NCBI RefSeq assembly: GCF_030144855.1
Contig: NC_082731.1
Span: forward strand, 27,528,001 to 27,592,000
Reading direction: 5' to 3'
Length of the DNA stretch: 64,000 bases
Source: Hypanus sabinus
Lineage: Eukaryota
Both the position numbers and the translations under genes were made by a program. How positions within the stretch are numbered: position 1 is the stretch's first letter; each line of letters opens with the position of its first letter. Shown here in pieces: positions 63,301 through 64,000 of this stretch. The notes under the pieces were generated by a model, which saw only the letters and a list, made by a program, of their open reading frames with translations, had not been told where the DNA came from and ran no database searches.

Positions 63301-64000
63301 ACTGCATCAATTTATATGACAAGTGCCCATCCTCAGCCCTATCACTCGGCTTCCCACTCCCCTGCTAAATTAGTTGAAAACCTGTCCTAAAGCTCTAGTA
63401 AACCTGCCAGCAAGGATATTGGTCCCCTTCGGGTTCAAGTGTAAGCTGTCCTTCATGTACAAATCACTCCTTCCCCAGAAGAGATCCCAATGATCCAGAA
63501 ATCTGAAACCCTGCCCCCTGTACCAATTCCACAGCTGTGCATTCATCTGCCATATCATTTTCTTACCCTCACTGGTGCATGGCATAGGCAGCAGTCCAGA
63601 GATTACCACCCTGGAGGTCCTGCTTTTCAGCTTCCTGTATTCTCCCTTCCAGACCTTCTTCCTTTGGTACCTGTCGTTGGTACCAATATGTATCACATCT
63701 TCCAGCTGTTCACCCTTCTCCCGTAGAATGCTGTGGACCTGATCTGAGACATCCCAACTCTGGCAGCTGAGAGACAACATACCATCTTCATGTCTGCAGA
63801 ATTTGCTGTCTGGTCTCCTAATTATGGAATCCTCAATTACTACTGCACTCCTCTTTCCCCCAAACCCACTCTTTCCTGAGCCACTGAAACACTTTTAGTG
63901 GCAGAAATCAGGTCCCCGTGGCTGCCCCCAATAGGTTGTTTCTCCAAAAGTATCCAAAACATTTTAATTATTTTTGAAGGGGACAGCCACAGGGGTACTC
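60380..64000 (-). mobile_element. Decayed CR1 LINE (ORF1 esterase, ORF2, 3' end), with a short A/T-rich interruption at about 61420-61660
   Basis: VIHIGTND...RVVISGLLP...DHWDLFWG (ORF1), MRDFNMQEDW (EN), and KFADDTKIG plus RTKVHSS (RT/C-terminus). Confidence 0.88.

Noticed and set aside
1-64000. Prokaryotic or viral systems (CRISPR, operons, defence islands), rRNA or tRNA genes
   Set aside because: No regular repeat-spacer array, operon-like gene density or full tRNA fold was seen. tRNA-matching stretches are PBSs.

Overview
This is eukaryotic, transposon-dominated DNA, most likely from a cartilaginous fish (ray or shark). That assignment is inferred from the repeat families present: CR1, L1/Tx1-like, Rex1/Babar, L2, RTE, Penelope-like with minimal hammerhead ends, Gypsy, a fish-type ERV and Tigger. 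I see no intact host protein-coding gene that I can name, and no rRNA, tRNA or CRISPR array. Well-resolved structures are: (1) a three-level nest of L1(+), L1(-) and a complete 4.3-kb CsRN1-clade LTR retrotransposon, with TSDs, a tRNA-Trp PBS and a CHCC Gag motif; (2) a full-length decayed L1-like LINE with an 11-bp TSD; (3) three solo LTRs; (4) Penelope-derived ends and fold-back elements carrying minimal hammerhead-ribozyme motifs; (5) an ERV remnant with a perfect tRNA-Arg PBS, in an unusual LTR-env tail-LTR-gag tandem layout; (6) three decayed chromoviral Gypsy copies; and (7) an old segmental duplication (about 12.4-20.6 kb versus 37.9-41.6 kb). The non-TE core of that duplication holds a decayed repetitive ORF, a conserved hairpin and a conserved exon-like basic peptide. 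This core is the best candidate for an unannotated host locus, but it is unproven. Boundaries with TSD or terminal evidence are exact. The others are approximate by-eye estimates, and all identity figures are hand estimates.
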